Shown piece after piece: positions 42,498 through 56,413 of a stretch of 64,000 nt of DNA. Every line of letters starts with the position of its first letter. The stretch's first letter is position 1. The DNA is taken from NCBI RefSeq assembly GCF_009914755.1, contig NC_060938.1; one strand, 5' to 3'. The notes under the pieces were generated by a model. It ran no database searches. It saw only the letters and a program-made list of their open reading frames with translations, and was not told where the DNA came from. The stretch is from the human T2T-CHM13v2.0 reference genome, Homo sapiens. A program made the translations under genes and the position numbers.

Positions 42498-42864
42498 AGA
42501 CAGAATTTTGCCTTGGAGTTAATCTAATTAATGTGTTGTTTTGACCCATTTACCTTCTGGGGTAGATAAATCCAAATTGCTGTGACTGGTCCCAGGAGGA
42601 CCCATAAGAGTTCAATGGTCTGTCCTAGGAGAGTGGTCTCTGGAAAGTGGCCCAGGATCAATAAACTGCTGCTGTCTACCTTTGAGGGTGCTACCTCCAA
42701 ACACAGTCACATTGGAAGTCAGGGTGTCAACCTAGGAATTGGGGGGAAACACAAACTTTCAGTCCTTAATGGGAATCCAAGTCAGGGGGTCATAAGTTGA
42801 GTGTCAGAAGAGAAAGATTAAGGAGGTATTATTAGTGCCGGTGGGCCAAACATGAAGTCTAGAC

Positions 42865-43460
42865 ACATTACTTAATCATTACATTCATTCATATAGTAAA
42901 TATTCACCAGGTACATATATACTGAGTGCTGGGCTAGTTTCTGATGATGCAGAAATGAATGGCTTTATTGTCTTCGTCCTCAAGGCCCTCATGGTCTAGT
43001 GTAGAAGACAGACTGTAAATATTTACCATTCAGTACGATGTGTGCTGTTGCAGAGCGTGGCTTGGGCGCTATGGGGAACCAGAGGGCATGGAGCCTGGTT
43101 TGGAGGGGCAGGGAAGACTTTCTGAAATATGGGAGACAAGTCGAAGCCTATCTGACCAAGGCACCATGCAGGAGGAGGCGGGACATTCATGGCACAAGGC
43201 CAGCATGGCAGCAGTGTGAGGTGTGATGGGTGTGACCCATTCAAGGAACTGCCAGGTGCTCCATCTGAACCAACATGTCTGAGCTGGGGGCCTGGCATGA
43301 GGGTCATGCAGTCCTGTGGGTGCCAAAACAAGGTGGTTAATTTTATCCTAAAAACAATTGGCATCTACTGAGGAGTTTTATTTGGGAAGAGGTAAAATTA
43401 AATTAGAATGGGCAATGTATCTCTGGAAGCAGAGTGAAGGGGGAGCTGGAGGGGCAAGCC
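42865..43460 (-). mobile_element. L2 relic
   Basis: cattcattc...ccctcatggtctagtgtagaagacagac. Confidence 0.65.
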
Positions 43461-43980
43461 CAGAGGCAGGGCCAACACTGAGCTGCATGGTCCCTGCGAT
43501 GGACAATCTGAGCCTGAGGTAAACGGGCTGATGTGGGACTGACGGATGCAAGGTGACAGGCTGAGGCTAGGGACCGTCATCACTCCCAGTCACACTGCAA
43601 GCTGCAGCAGGGTAGAGCCACATCTGATTTGTCCCCAGTGCCTGACCAGAGTTGGGGCTCAGTGTTTGTTGAGTGAATTCTTACTGCATGGCCAGGGTTT
43701 CTGGTCCTGGCAGCTGGGTGGATGGAGGGGTCATATTGAGAATCCTGGAGTGCAGTAGTAGCCAGGTGTGAAGAGTCAAGCAGGTCTGCAGCCTGAGGAT
43801 CAGCATGGCAGCAGGAGGGTCCTCTGGGAGCTGGTCATGAATTTGATATGGACCATGGGATGGTGCCCACTTTTGTTTGTATCCTGGGGTACAGATCACA
43901 GCTCCATGAAGGTTTGAGCTAGGCAGGTGAGCCACGCTGGGAGCAAAGATGGTGGTGGCTAGGTACTTGCTTATCCCTAT

Positions 43981-44461
43981 ACCAATCAGCAGGATGTGGG
44001 TGGGGCCAGATAAGAGAATAAAAGCAGGCTGCCCGAGCCAGCATTGGCAACCCGCTCGGGTCCCCTTCCACACTGTGGAAGCTTTGTTCTTTTGCTCTTT
44101 GCAATAAATCTTGCTACTGCTCACTCTTTGGGTCCACGCTGCTTTTATGAGCTGTAACACTCACCGCGAAGATCTGCAGCTTCACTCCTGAGCCCAGCAA
44201 GACCACGAGCCCACCGGGAGGAATGAACAACTCCAGACACGCTACCTTAAGAGCTGTACCACTCACCGCGAAGGTCTGCAGCTTCACTCCTGAGCCAGCG
44301 AGACCACGAACCCACCAGAAGGAAGAAACTCCGAACACATCTGAACATCAGAAGGGACAGACTCCAGACACGCCACCTTAAGAGCTGTAACACTCACCGC
44401 GAGGGTCCACGGCTTCATTCTTGAAGTCAGTGAGACCAAGAACCCACCAATTCCGGACACA
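43981..44461 (+). mobile_element. LTR12 (ERV9, LTR12C-like), 5'-truncated: core promoter plus R/U5
   Basis: accaatcagcaggatgtgggtggggccagataagagaataaaagcagg; three gagctgtaacactcaccgcg U5 repeats; canonical end aacccaccaattccggacaca. Confidence 0.93.
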
Positions 44462-45102
44462 GTGCTGAGAATCATGCCTTGAAATCTAGCAGCTCTGTTA
44501 AAAACTGAGCAAGGTGTACTTCGGGGTTGTGTTGAGAAGGTTGGTGTTCAGCTAAATCAGGAGGGAAGGCCAAGGAAAATCAGGCTTGGCACCTGTCAAC
44601 AGGTGGGACCCAATAGCCAAGCAAATGGTCCTGCAAACTGTACTACCCAACGTTCACAGCAAGGATTCCAACTTCTCACCAGGGCATGGAAAATTTGCCT
44701 TCATGTCAACCACCACCTTAGCCCTTGACTACCCAACGGACTCTTCCCAAGTCAACAGCCACTTCCTCCCTGGGGCTTAACAGGCATTCCTTGAAGCCTG
44801 CCCCGGGCAGTTAGTCCTTCCCTTTTGTGTGAACTCTCGGCTGTTTTCGTTGTCTGCACACAGAGCAGTGGTCTAGGGAGCGAAGGGTTTTGGAATGGAC
44901 CTTTTCCTTTCTTAGCTTGCTGTAGGGATTGTGCTTCAGCTAAGTAAAGTGGAAAAACAGAAGTACAAAAGCAACAGCCCCAGATCTAAGGGCACCGTAG
45001 CTCTGGAATCTGGATTTTATTCCAGATTCAACCCTCAGCAGGGAGTTGAAGTGGTCAGCCCTGTGCTTTACAAGGCTGATTGGGCAGCACCCATAGTAGA
45101 AT

Positions 45103-45948
45103 TGTCAATATAAAGTAATTGAAAGGATCAGAATCCAGGGTTTTCGTTGTTTTTAAGTTTTTAAGTTTTAAAAACAAAGTTGTTTTTGTTCGTTTTTAAG
45201 TTTACTTCTCTTTAATCGGTCTCACTTTATTGACCAGGCTGGTTTCGAACTCCTGGGCTTAAGTGATTTCTCCTGTCTCAGCTTCTCAAAGTGCTGGGAT
45301 TACAGGCGTGAGCCGCTGCACCCAGCCCAGAATCCAGTTTTAAAGAGTTTATTCAAGCCAAAAGCTGGGAATGGCCATCTGAGAAACACAGACTCTAGGA
45401 AAATGGGGCCAGGGCCCTGAAGTTAAAAGTTAAAGTCTTGCTTACATAGGCAGAAAGCAAAGACATTTAGTAACCTTGTAGAACATTTTCTTGTATAACT
45501 TTTCTTGTTTTAACTTTCTTGTTTAACATTTTCTATGCAAGGCTGGTTTATGAGTTACAACCTATAATTAATTATAGGTTGTTCCCCTGCCTCCACCTTG
45601 TTTTCTTTTCTCTACAGCTTGTTTTCATTTCCTTTCCAATTTAAGAATGTGTTTAACATTCTATCCCAGACAATGTGATGGTCATGAAGTCTCTGTCAGA
45701 GAGGAAAGAGGGAGTTAATCTATAATGAAGATCAACAGTGAAGAGGAAAGGGGTCTTCCCTGGAACGCTTCAGTCATATACGACATTTTACACAACAATG
45801 TAAGTAAGGAAAAAGGCTAATCTATAATCAGAGAAACAAAGGTTGCAGCTGCCTGTTTACATGACTCAGGTCCCATGATCAAATTCCCTTAAGGCTCGAA
45901 ATATTTTAAAGTTCCAACAGCTTAGATTTTGAATTGCTTATTTTCACA
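45103..45948 (-). mobile_element. LTR51/LTR54-like ERV1 solo LTR interrupted by FLAM
   Basis: Minus strand begins tgtgaaaataagcaattcaaaatctaagctgttggaac; TSD gaat 45099-45102/45949-45952. Confidence 0.7.
45139..45327 (-). mobile_element. FLAM_C Alu monomer
   Basis: Left monomer only; TSD cagaatccag. Confidence 0.85.
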
Positions 45949-46324
45949 GAATGGACCTGTGTAAGGAGGTATGTGTGGGAGAAGATTCCAGAAGGTCTTG
46001 AGACACTCCAGATGAAGGTTGGTGTGGGGCTGTGCTGCTGGAGCACCAGAGAGTGAAAAGAGGCAAGCGATTTATAGTCTCATCAAATATCGACAAGTTT
46101 GGGTTTTCCTTTAGAGTTGGGCAGGGCCTGGCTGGACTTCTTTCTCCACCAGTCTCCGGGAGGCTCAAACAAGTTCTGATTTTCAGGTTCTGAAAAAGCT
46201 CTCAGGGAAAAAGCAGCTTCCATTCTGTTTTTTTTCCCTTTCTGCATTCTACTTCCCTTTTATTTTTGGCCTGGTAATTTCTGTCTTATCAGCTTTTAGA
46301 TGTCCTTGAGATTTTTCTTTTCTT

Positions 46325-47240
46325 TCATTTTTTTTTTTTTGAGACAGGGTGTAAACCAAAAACTCTTTTATTCTTTTTTTTTTTCTTTTGAGACAGGATG
46401 TAAACCAAAAATAAAATTCTAAGCCCCGCCCTCCCTGCAACCATCTGAATGGACTTCCTCCTGGGCCAGGGTACTTTTAACCTGAAAGACTGGTTCAGGC
46501 CATGATGGAAAGTAGAGGTCAGACAGGACTCATTATACCTCTCTGATGAGAAGCATTTACAATCTATTTTCTCTGAAGCCTGCTACCCGGAGGCTTCATC
46601 TGCATGGTAAAACTTTGGTCTCCACAACCTCCTATCACAGCACAGACATTTTCTTTCTATTGAGCCCAGATCTTTAGATAAACTTAACCAATTGTCAACC
46701 AGTCAATTTTAAATCTACCTGTAACCTGGGAGCCCCCAACCTCCACCCAACAATTCAAGTTGTCCCACCTTTCTGGACAGAACCAATGTATTTCTTAAAT
46801 GTATTTGATTGACATCTCATGTCTCCCTAAAATGTATAAAACCAAGCTGCACCCCGACCACCTTGGGCATAGTTCTCAGGATCTCCTGAGGGCTGTGTTA
46901 CAGGCCATGGTCACTCATATTTGGCTCAGAATAAATCTCTTCAAATATTTTACAGAGCTTGACTGTTTTTATTTGTTAATGATCTCACTCTATCGTCCAG
47001 GCTGGAGTGCAGTGGTGCAATCATGGATTACTGCAGCCTCTACCTCCCTGGGCTCACATGATCCTCCCTTCTCAGCCTCCCAAGTAGCTGAGACTACACA
47101 CATGCGCCACCATGCCTGGTTAATTTTAAAACTTTTTGTATAGATGGAGGTCTTACTGTGTTGCCCAGGCTGGTCTCAAACTTCTGGCCTCAAGTGATCC
47201 TACCACCACAGCCTCCCAAATTGGTGGGATTACAGGGATA
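46325..47240 (-). mobile_element. AluJ split by MER4B
   Basis: T tail-gagacagga|LTR|gatctcactc...ggctggagtgcagtgg. Confidence 0.85.
46399..46980 (+). mobile_element. MER4B ERV1 solo LTR
   Basis: tgtaaaccaaaaataaaattctaagcccc...ggctcagaataaatctcttcaaatattttacagag. Confidence 0.85.
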
Positions 47241-47243
47241 CGA

Positions 47244-47379
47244 TTTTTATTTTATTTTTATAGAGATGGGGGTCACAGTATGATGCCCTGGCTGGTATTG
47301 AACTCCTGTGTTCAAGCAATACCCCTGCCTTAGCCTCTCAAAGTTCTGGGATTACAGGTGGGAGCCACCATGCCCAGCC
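47244..47379 (-). mobile_element. FLAM/AluJ left monomer
   Basis: Alu left-arm sequence. Confidence 0.8.
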
Positions 47380-47411
47380 TGGGAGAAGACTTTTAAAACA
47401 TATTTTGTTTA

Positions 47412-47760
<349 letters not shown>

Positions 47761-48064
47761 CTAACAGGTATTCTCCTTTACCTGGATTGCATTTGTAGAA
47801 AACACTCTGCTTCAGTGGGAGGCAAGGAACAGAATATTTCTCTGTCTAGGGCATACTCTTCCATGTTATCTGATTCCAATTCTATGGGACCTATTTTACC
47901 ATTCTGAAAGCTACAGATAACCGATAGAAATGAAAAATAATTCTTGTCTATGGATATGCAAATGCTTATATTTTGAAGAGAGACAACCCTTCCTCACTTC
48001 CCCCCAAATCCCCTAGTTTGCTTCCATTTTACACATTCATTTCAATATTTCTCTTCTCTTCCTT

Positions 48065-48471
<407 letters not shown>

Positions 48472-48652
48472 TGATATTGTTTAGCTCTGTGTCCCCACCA
48501 AATCTCATCTTGAATCGTAATCCCCCTGTGTGTCAAGGGATGGACCTGGTAGGGGATGATTGGATCATGGGGGGTGGTTTTCCCCATGGTGTTCCCATAT
48601 AGTGAATGAGTTCTCACGAGATCTGATGGTTTAAAAGTGTTTGGCAGTTCCC

Positions 48653-48694
<42 letters not shown>

Positions 48695-48861
48695 CCACTT
48701 TGTGAAAAAGGTGCTCGCTTTTCCTTCGCTTTCTGCCATGATTGTAAGTTTCCTGAGGTCTCCCCAGCGATGTGGAACTGTGAGTTAATTAAACCTCTTT
48801 CCTTTATAAATTACCCAGTTTCAGGTAGTTCTTTATAGCAGTGTGCAAATGGACTGTTACA
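48472..48861 (+). mobile_element. THE1D-like LTR with internal (CT)n
   Basis: tgatattgtttagctctgtgtcccc...ggactgttaca; TSD gcacg/gcaca. Confidence 0.85.
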
Positions 48862-49091
48862 GCACATATTCATTTTTATATCTATATTGAGTTATCATTT
48901 AACCTGTTTTTGAAAATTATCTTTTAACATGCATTTTTCTCTTTCTTATTATCTTCTTTTGCTAAAACCTGTTCTCCAGTAGCTTCCTAAGAAAGGGTGC
49001 ACAGGAGACCCATTTTTTGAGCCCCTCCTTATCTGACAATGTTTTTGTTTGACCCTAACCTTTGATTAATAATGCGACTGGATGTTGAACT

Positions 49092-49569
49092 TGTGAAAGG
49101 AAAATAAAAACTCAGGACCCCAATTCAGTATGCCAAAAGGAAAAAAAAAAAAGAAGCTGAAAGCTGAGTCATGCAAGAAACTGCCTTTTCTTTTGCTCCT
49201 AAGTAGATGGCTACAGATAAAAGATTAAATATCTCCACAGGTAGCTACTCCATGTTCACCTTATCTTATGTAAAGTGCTGATTTACTGAGCAGGAGACAG
49301 ATATGTAACTGACTATTCCCTAGCTGCTCTTCTCCTCTTGCAATGTGTGGATTACCATACCCTTCCTCTATCCCCTCCAGAGATGAATTTTTCCATGTCT
49401 GTTTCCCCCATTTAAATATTGAAGCCCTCACTATCATCTTTGGAGAAAGGGACAGATCATAGACTTGTTTCTGTGATTCTGTGTCCTTTTCTTCCAGGCA
49501 TGTCCTTAACCTTGGCAAAATAAACTTCTAAATGGATTGAGACCTGTCTCAGATATTTTTTGGTTCACA
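49092..49569 (+). mobile_element. MER4C-like ERV1 solo LTR (copy 1)
   Basis: tgtgaaaggaaaataaaa...gattgagacctgtctcagata...ttcaca; TSD aact. Confidence 0.8.
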
Positions 49570-49819
49570 AACTCTAGGGTGGGAAATATTTCCCCTCAGA
49601 ACTTTGAAGGCATTGCCCCCTCATCTTCTAGCACTCAACATGGCCATTGAGATTTGATGGCATTTTAAATTCCAACATGTTTATTAATGAGACCAGTTTT
49701 TTCTCACTAGAAGTTACACATAAAATACTTAAAATAGTTCCTGGAATTTAATGAACTGAATTAATGTTAGCTATTACTATCATTGAACTATTTTTTTTCT
49801 CTGACATTCTTTAATATTT

Positions 49820-50359
49820 TAATTTTTTTTTCTAAAAGACAGGGTCTCACTCTTTTGCCCTGGCTGGAGTGCAGTGGTGCAATCCTAGCTCACTGCAGCC
49901 TCGAATTCCTGGGCCTAAGTGATCCTCCTATCTCAGCCTCCTGAGTATCTGGGGCAACAGGCATGTGCAACTATGGCTGGCTAATTTTTAAATTTTTTGT
50001 AGAGATGTGATCTCGCTATATTGCCCAGGCTGGTCTCAAATTCCTGGCCTCAAGCAATCTTTCTAGATTATAGGACTTCTTGGCTTCCACAATTGCATGA
50101 GCCAATCCTTTATAATAAATGTATATCCATCTGTATATGTCTTGTGTCTGTCTCTCTACCTATCAATCTATCCATCCATCCATCCATCCATCCATCCATC
50201 CATCCATCCATCTATCCATCCATCTATCTATTTTATTGTTTCTGTTTTTCTGGAGAACCCTGACTAATACAGAAGGTGAGCCCAACTTCTCACTGAGGAT
50301 TCTCAAGCCTCAGCCTCTTGAAGTGCTGAGATTACAGGCATGAGCCACCGCATTCAGCC
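49820..50359 (-). mobile_element. AluJ interrupted by a duplicated MLT2 segment (~50064-50300)
   Basis: Alu breaks at caagcaatct and resumes at gcctcagcctc...ttacaggcatgagccacc. Confidence 0.85.
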
Positions 50360-51073
50360 TCTGATTGTCATTGACAGTGATGTGCTCTACTGTGAGTCTC
50401 TTTTACCCACTGTGCTGGGTATTCACTGGCCCTTTCAACTTGGAAACGCGTGTCCTTTGGCTTTGCAAAAATATCTGTAGCATTGATTGCCTGATTTCTC
50501 TCCCTCTGATCAGGGCCTCTGCAGCATCCGACTCCAGGGCACTGTTCACCCCATATTCTATGAATGGCGTCCTCTGGAGTTGTGCTGTTGCACCTGCACC
50601 TTTTATTTATTTATTTTGGAACACATTGGAGTAAGATGCCAGACTGCCTTGATCCTCTAATTATCTTATCTCTTTCTTCTTATTTTCTATCTTTTTGTCT
50701 TTTCATTCTACTTTCCTCAGCTCTTGGTTGAAGAATTTTTCATTCTGCTTATGCCTTAAAAATATCTAAGAGCTTTTTTTTGTTCCCTTTTTTTAAAAGC
50801 GTTCCATTGTTGTTTGATGTGTGGGCTCTCCTGTTTTCTTTCTGAGCATATTATATCTAATTTTTGAAGGTTGTATTTTCTCCCTTGTTTTAATTTTCTG
50901 CAGATACTTTTTTCTTTTTTACTTTCTCCAATTTGTTTGTTTCTGACTTTCTTCCTCAATCTCTCCTGAACCATTGTTTCTTTTTAAGATCAGAGCAGAT
51001 TCTTAGGAACTTTTAAAACTGTATGTGGGTGGGATTGTCACCTAGAGTGCTTTTTTGGAGAGTAATTGGATGG

Positions 51074-51561
51074 TGTGATAATTAATTTTATGTGTCAATT
51101 TGACAGGGTCTTGGGGTGTCCAGTTATTTGGTTAAACATTATTTCTGGGTGTGCCTAAGAGGGTGTTTCCTGATGAGATTAGCATTTGAATGGATGGACT
51201 GAATAAAGCAAGCTGCCCTCCTCAATGTGGGCGGGCACCATACCCTTGAAGGCTTGAATAGAACAGAAAGGCAGGAGAATTTCTCTCTTGGCCTGAACAC
51301 TTGAGCTGGAACATTGGTCTTCTCTTCTCTGTGGACTGGGACTTACACCATCGGCTCTCCTGAGTCTCCAGCTTAAAGACGGCAGATCATGGGACTTCTT
51401 GGCCTCCACAATTACATGAGCCAATTCTTTATAACAAATCTATATCCATCAGTCTATGTCTTCTGTCTATCTACCTATCAGTCTATCAACCAGTCCAGCC
51501 ATCCATCTGTCATCTATCTATCTTACTGGTTCTGTTTTTCTGGAGAACCCTGACTAGCAAA
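51074..51561 (+). mobile_element. MLT2B-type LTR within old L1ME-like sequence
   Basis: tgtgataattaattttatgtgtcaatttgac...tctggagaaccctgacta; TSD gatgg/gatga. Confidence 0.85.
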
Positions 51562-51960
51562 GATGATGAGCCCAATTTCTTGTTGGGGATCCCCAGATAT
51601 CAGCGGGCAGAGTGTCTCCTTTTGGCACCTTCAGTTTCTCCAGAAATGAACCTTTCCATTTCCATCCTAAGGGATTGCAAGAGCTGTGGACTTGCCAGGA
51701 GGGAAGGGAGCAGAGGCCCCCACAGTTCACAATGTAATGTTTCCCTCAAACACAGCCCCCACTTTCAGCTGGGAACCCACCCTTTCCTTGCCGGTGCTTT
51801 GTGTCCTCAAGACTGGACATAAGGTGTTGAGGTGTGGTGTGTGGTTTCACCACACAATCATTTGGGGTCTCCTGAGAGAGGTGGGGGGAGGGGTGTGGTC
51901 TGCTTGAGCAGGTGAGGGAAATGGATTGGGGTGCTAGCTGGTAACTGTATACTGACTTTC

Positions 51961-52244
<284 letters not shown>

Positions 52245-53123
52245 AGTATACTGACTTTCAGTCAACCTCATGCTTTCAGTGCCAGTTCTTCTTGGTGCCT
52301 GATGATTGCAAACCCAGGATTTATTGGAGAGTCTCTGTTCTTGATGCCCACCCTGCCCCTCCACTTTCCCACACCCCCTTCACCTTTACCATACACTGTC
52401 CTCAACTCTTCTGAGGCTGCTCCCAAGTGTTGGGTGCTTTGATCCTGTCTGCCATTGCCTGAGCTCCTGTTCTCTCCATCCCTGTGGGTCAACAGCTTTT
52501 ATTTAGTTCATTCCCTTACTATCATTTTCATAGAGTTGAGGAGGTAGGGAGGAGATAGAGGCAGGAAGTTATTCTACCACATTTGTCCAGAGTCTGCCCT
52601 GTTTGGGGGCATCAGTGGGCAGAGCTGGAAAGCCATGGTGGCTGCTGAGATTTGGAAGTACAAGACCAGGAGGAAGGAAGGAGGATGCTTAGGTATGGGG
52701 CTCAGGTGTGGGGTTCAGGTAGCCCGTGCATGGTGAGGAAAGGGAACAAATGAGAAGAGTGTGGTAGATGGTGGTGTGTTCTATCTATTTTGATGGTGGG
52801 TCAAAAGAGGGAGGTGAGGAATGGGTTGAGAGGATTTGGCCCCACTTTGAATGCAGGGCGAGGGGAAACCAGCATCTCAGATGTGCCTCAGTTTGTGCAG
52901 GGCTAAGTGGGACCCAGAGCAGGAGGGGCAGACTTGGACGGGAGGCCAGTGACTCTGGAGTTTGCAGTGAATATGCAGGGTCCTGGGTGTGATGCTTGGG
53001 TTGTTTATCTGGCCTAGGGGAAGCGACCAGAAGGCACGTGCCTCCAGTCCAGCCAGGCTGCAGGTGTTAAAAATCTCTGCAGTCACATTTTCTGGCTTCT
53101 CTGAACAGCCCCTGTAGGTGCTC

Positions 53124-53306
53124 ACACATGTACACATGCATGCATATATATTTATATATATATACATTTACATATTTATATATATTTAAATATATTTAAA
53201 TATTTAAATATATTTTTATATATATTTATATTTTATATATGTGTATGCATACACATGCACACAGATGTACACACACATATGCACATACACATATGCACAC
53301 ACACAC
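53124..53306. repeat. (TA)n/(CA)n low-complexity tract
   Basis: Alternating purine-pyrimidine, AT-rich centre. Confidence 0.9.
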
Positions 53307-54812
53307 CCTACAACTCAGACCTTTCCTTTCAGAGCTACCCCTGACCGAGACTTCCTTGCCATGTTACAAATGAGCATCTCTTTTAGAGTAGTGTAATAGA
53401 ACGTGGCACTTCTTGATAAAAATAGAATTCTTTGACTTCTGCCCAGGCTGCCTGGTGGGCAGGCTCACAGCCTCGTTCTTTCTCAGCTTTCCACGTTATT
53501 AATTTTTAGTGCCAAAAGACAGTTCTGCTGCTCCAGGCCTCCAGCTGAGCTCTGCTAGGTTGGAAGTCCCTTCTCAGCCTGATTCCCATTAGCACAGAGC
53601 TTGGAGAAGACCCTTCCTCACTCTGATCCTGCTGCCTGGAGCTGGCAGATGCACTCCTCACCCAGCAGCCAAGACCCATGCTCCTGGTTTAGAAGGGTCC
53701 GTCCTGACAGCTATCTCCACTAGGCAGCCCAGGGTTCCTCTGGACACAGGACCCTGCCAATTTATTAGTCACGGTGGCACCGGATAGACACAGCTTCACC
53801 CAGTGATCTGCCGGCACTGCTCTCTCTTCCTCCAGTCCTGGGCTTCTTCATGTCCAAACCACGTGGAGAACAAGATAACTAGGATCAGCTCTTTTGGAGA
53901 TAGAAGTCACCTTCCAGCCTGGGATCAGTGGCATAGTCTCAGCCCAGGTCTGGAGACAGGGAGGCTGCCATGCCTGCCAGCCCCATCCAGCCCCAGCTGG
54001 CAGCAGTGTGAAATAGTGCTCGCTAAAATGAGCCTGCTGTTTGCCTAGATGTGTGTTTCCCAATAATTCAGAGACCTAGATAATGGGAAAGGCGAACATC
54101 TCGTATCCCCCACTTCCCTCAGCAAAAAGAGAACAGTGCCGCAGCCACAGGCAAGGTGGGTTAGAAAACCTGTCTGCTGGCAGATTATTGTCTGTAACTT
54201 GCCTCCTTAGTTCTTCCAACACTCTCTCCTTCCCCCTCCTCCCCTCCCATGGTCCAACCCTGAGGGTTCCAGCAGCAGCTGGGAGGTCTCCGATGTTATC
54301 TCAGAGCTCCCAATCTGCTGACATTTGAAAATCTTCTGGCTATAACTTGCTCACTTAGCGGCTGCTGCTCTGCAGCCCTGAGCCCTCCTAAAGGAGACCC
54401 TACACAGAAGAGTACAATGTAAACAGCCGTCGCCAGAGTCCCCCCAGCCAGAGATAGCCCTTGGGTACATTTTGCAATATTTTGTTTTGTTTGCTCTCAG
54501 ACCGGACTTGCCCCCCTTTTTAGCACAGCCCAATTCTACTACGTATACTCCCTCCTTGTTCTTTTTGTTTGGCATTATATCCTAAGCATTTCCCTGCATC
54601 ATCCAAGCTCTGTGGGATGTCATTTTTAACACCCACACAGCGTCCTCTGGTGTGGTTGTATGACAAGTCACTTAACTATTCCACACCCAAAGCCTCCCCT
54701 TTTCCAAACTCTTCCCTGGGACCTCCTGAAGGTAACAGCAAGATCTGAGCAGCGCTGGATGGATCCTGCTCTCAGTCCCCTGTCTGGGAACAACGCTGAG
54801 CCTTAACAGGGA

Positions 54813-55501
<689 letters not shown>

Positions 55502-56413
55502 ACATTATTCTTATTTGCAAAACAAATACTTATCTGGCATCAAACAGATACTTTGCATCCGGCAAAAACAGGTGGAGGTGACTGAAGGCGAATGTGGGAG
55601 GTCATGGTGGGTTAATGATCGCCAGCGCTGTCCGGTGAAATCAACCACCTGTGACAAAGGTGGTTTTTCACTTTTACTGAACAAGCATGCTATTCTACAG
55701 TAAACTCCTTAACAAATGTAGCTTTTCAAGGTCCTTAGGACTATTACCTTTCAATATTATTGGGAAGTTCTTTGCTCTTCTTAGCAGACTGCGAAACTCA
55801 ACTTTGTGATGACAAGATACAGAATAAATGCATATTAACTGAAATTCTAGGCTCACACCTATGTGAGCTTTTCTCTCTCTAACAAGATGTCAGGGCCGGT
55901 TCAGGGAGTTCATCTCCAGCCACCTGTGCTAATCATCGCCCATCCTTTCCAAGTATCTAATGACACTCCCAACCAAGGTCTCTATAATTTCCAGCCAAAA
56001 ATGAGTTACAACATATGGAACATCTAATTTTCTGTTTCCATTCTAGTTATTTTATTCTTATGAGCTTGTGGGCTCCATCTACCAACCTCTGGGCAAATGC
56101 TCATCTGACTTCCATAGACACACAGCAAGCAGACAACCACACAAAGAGGAAGAGGGAGAATATTTACCAGCCATGGAACATCTGCTCTGTGCTTATATCT
56201 CATATGCATTATCTCTAATTATCAAAAGAAGGTATTATTATTATTATTGTTCCGCATTCACAGATGACAAACTGAAGATCAGATTGGTTAAATACTTGTC
56301 CAACATTAACTTAGCATTTGGGCATCATAGTTGGAATTAAAACTTGGGTCTGCTCATCTCCAAAAACACCCTAAGCCTTACCACACTCATGGGACACAGC
56401 TGCAGCTGCAGGT

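Noticed and set aside
44150-44410. Spaced direct repeats resembling a CRISPR-like array
   Set aside because: These are the known LTR12 U5 tandem subrepeats; eukaryotic context, no cas genes
54638-54655. CTCF-like motif (minus strand caccagaggacgctg)
   Set aside because: Two core mismatches; not supportable without ChIP data
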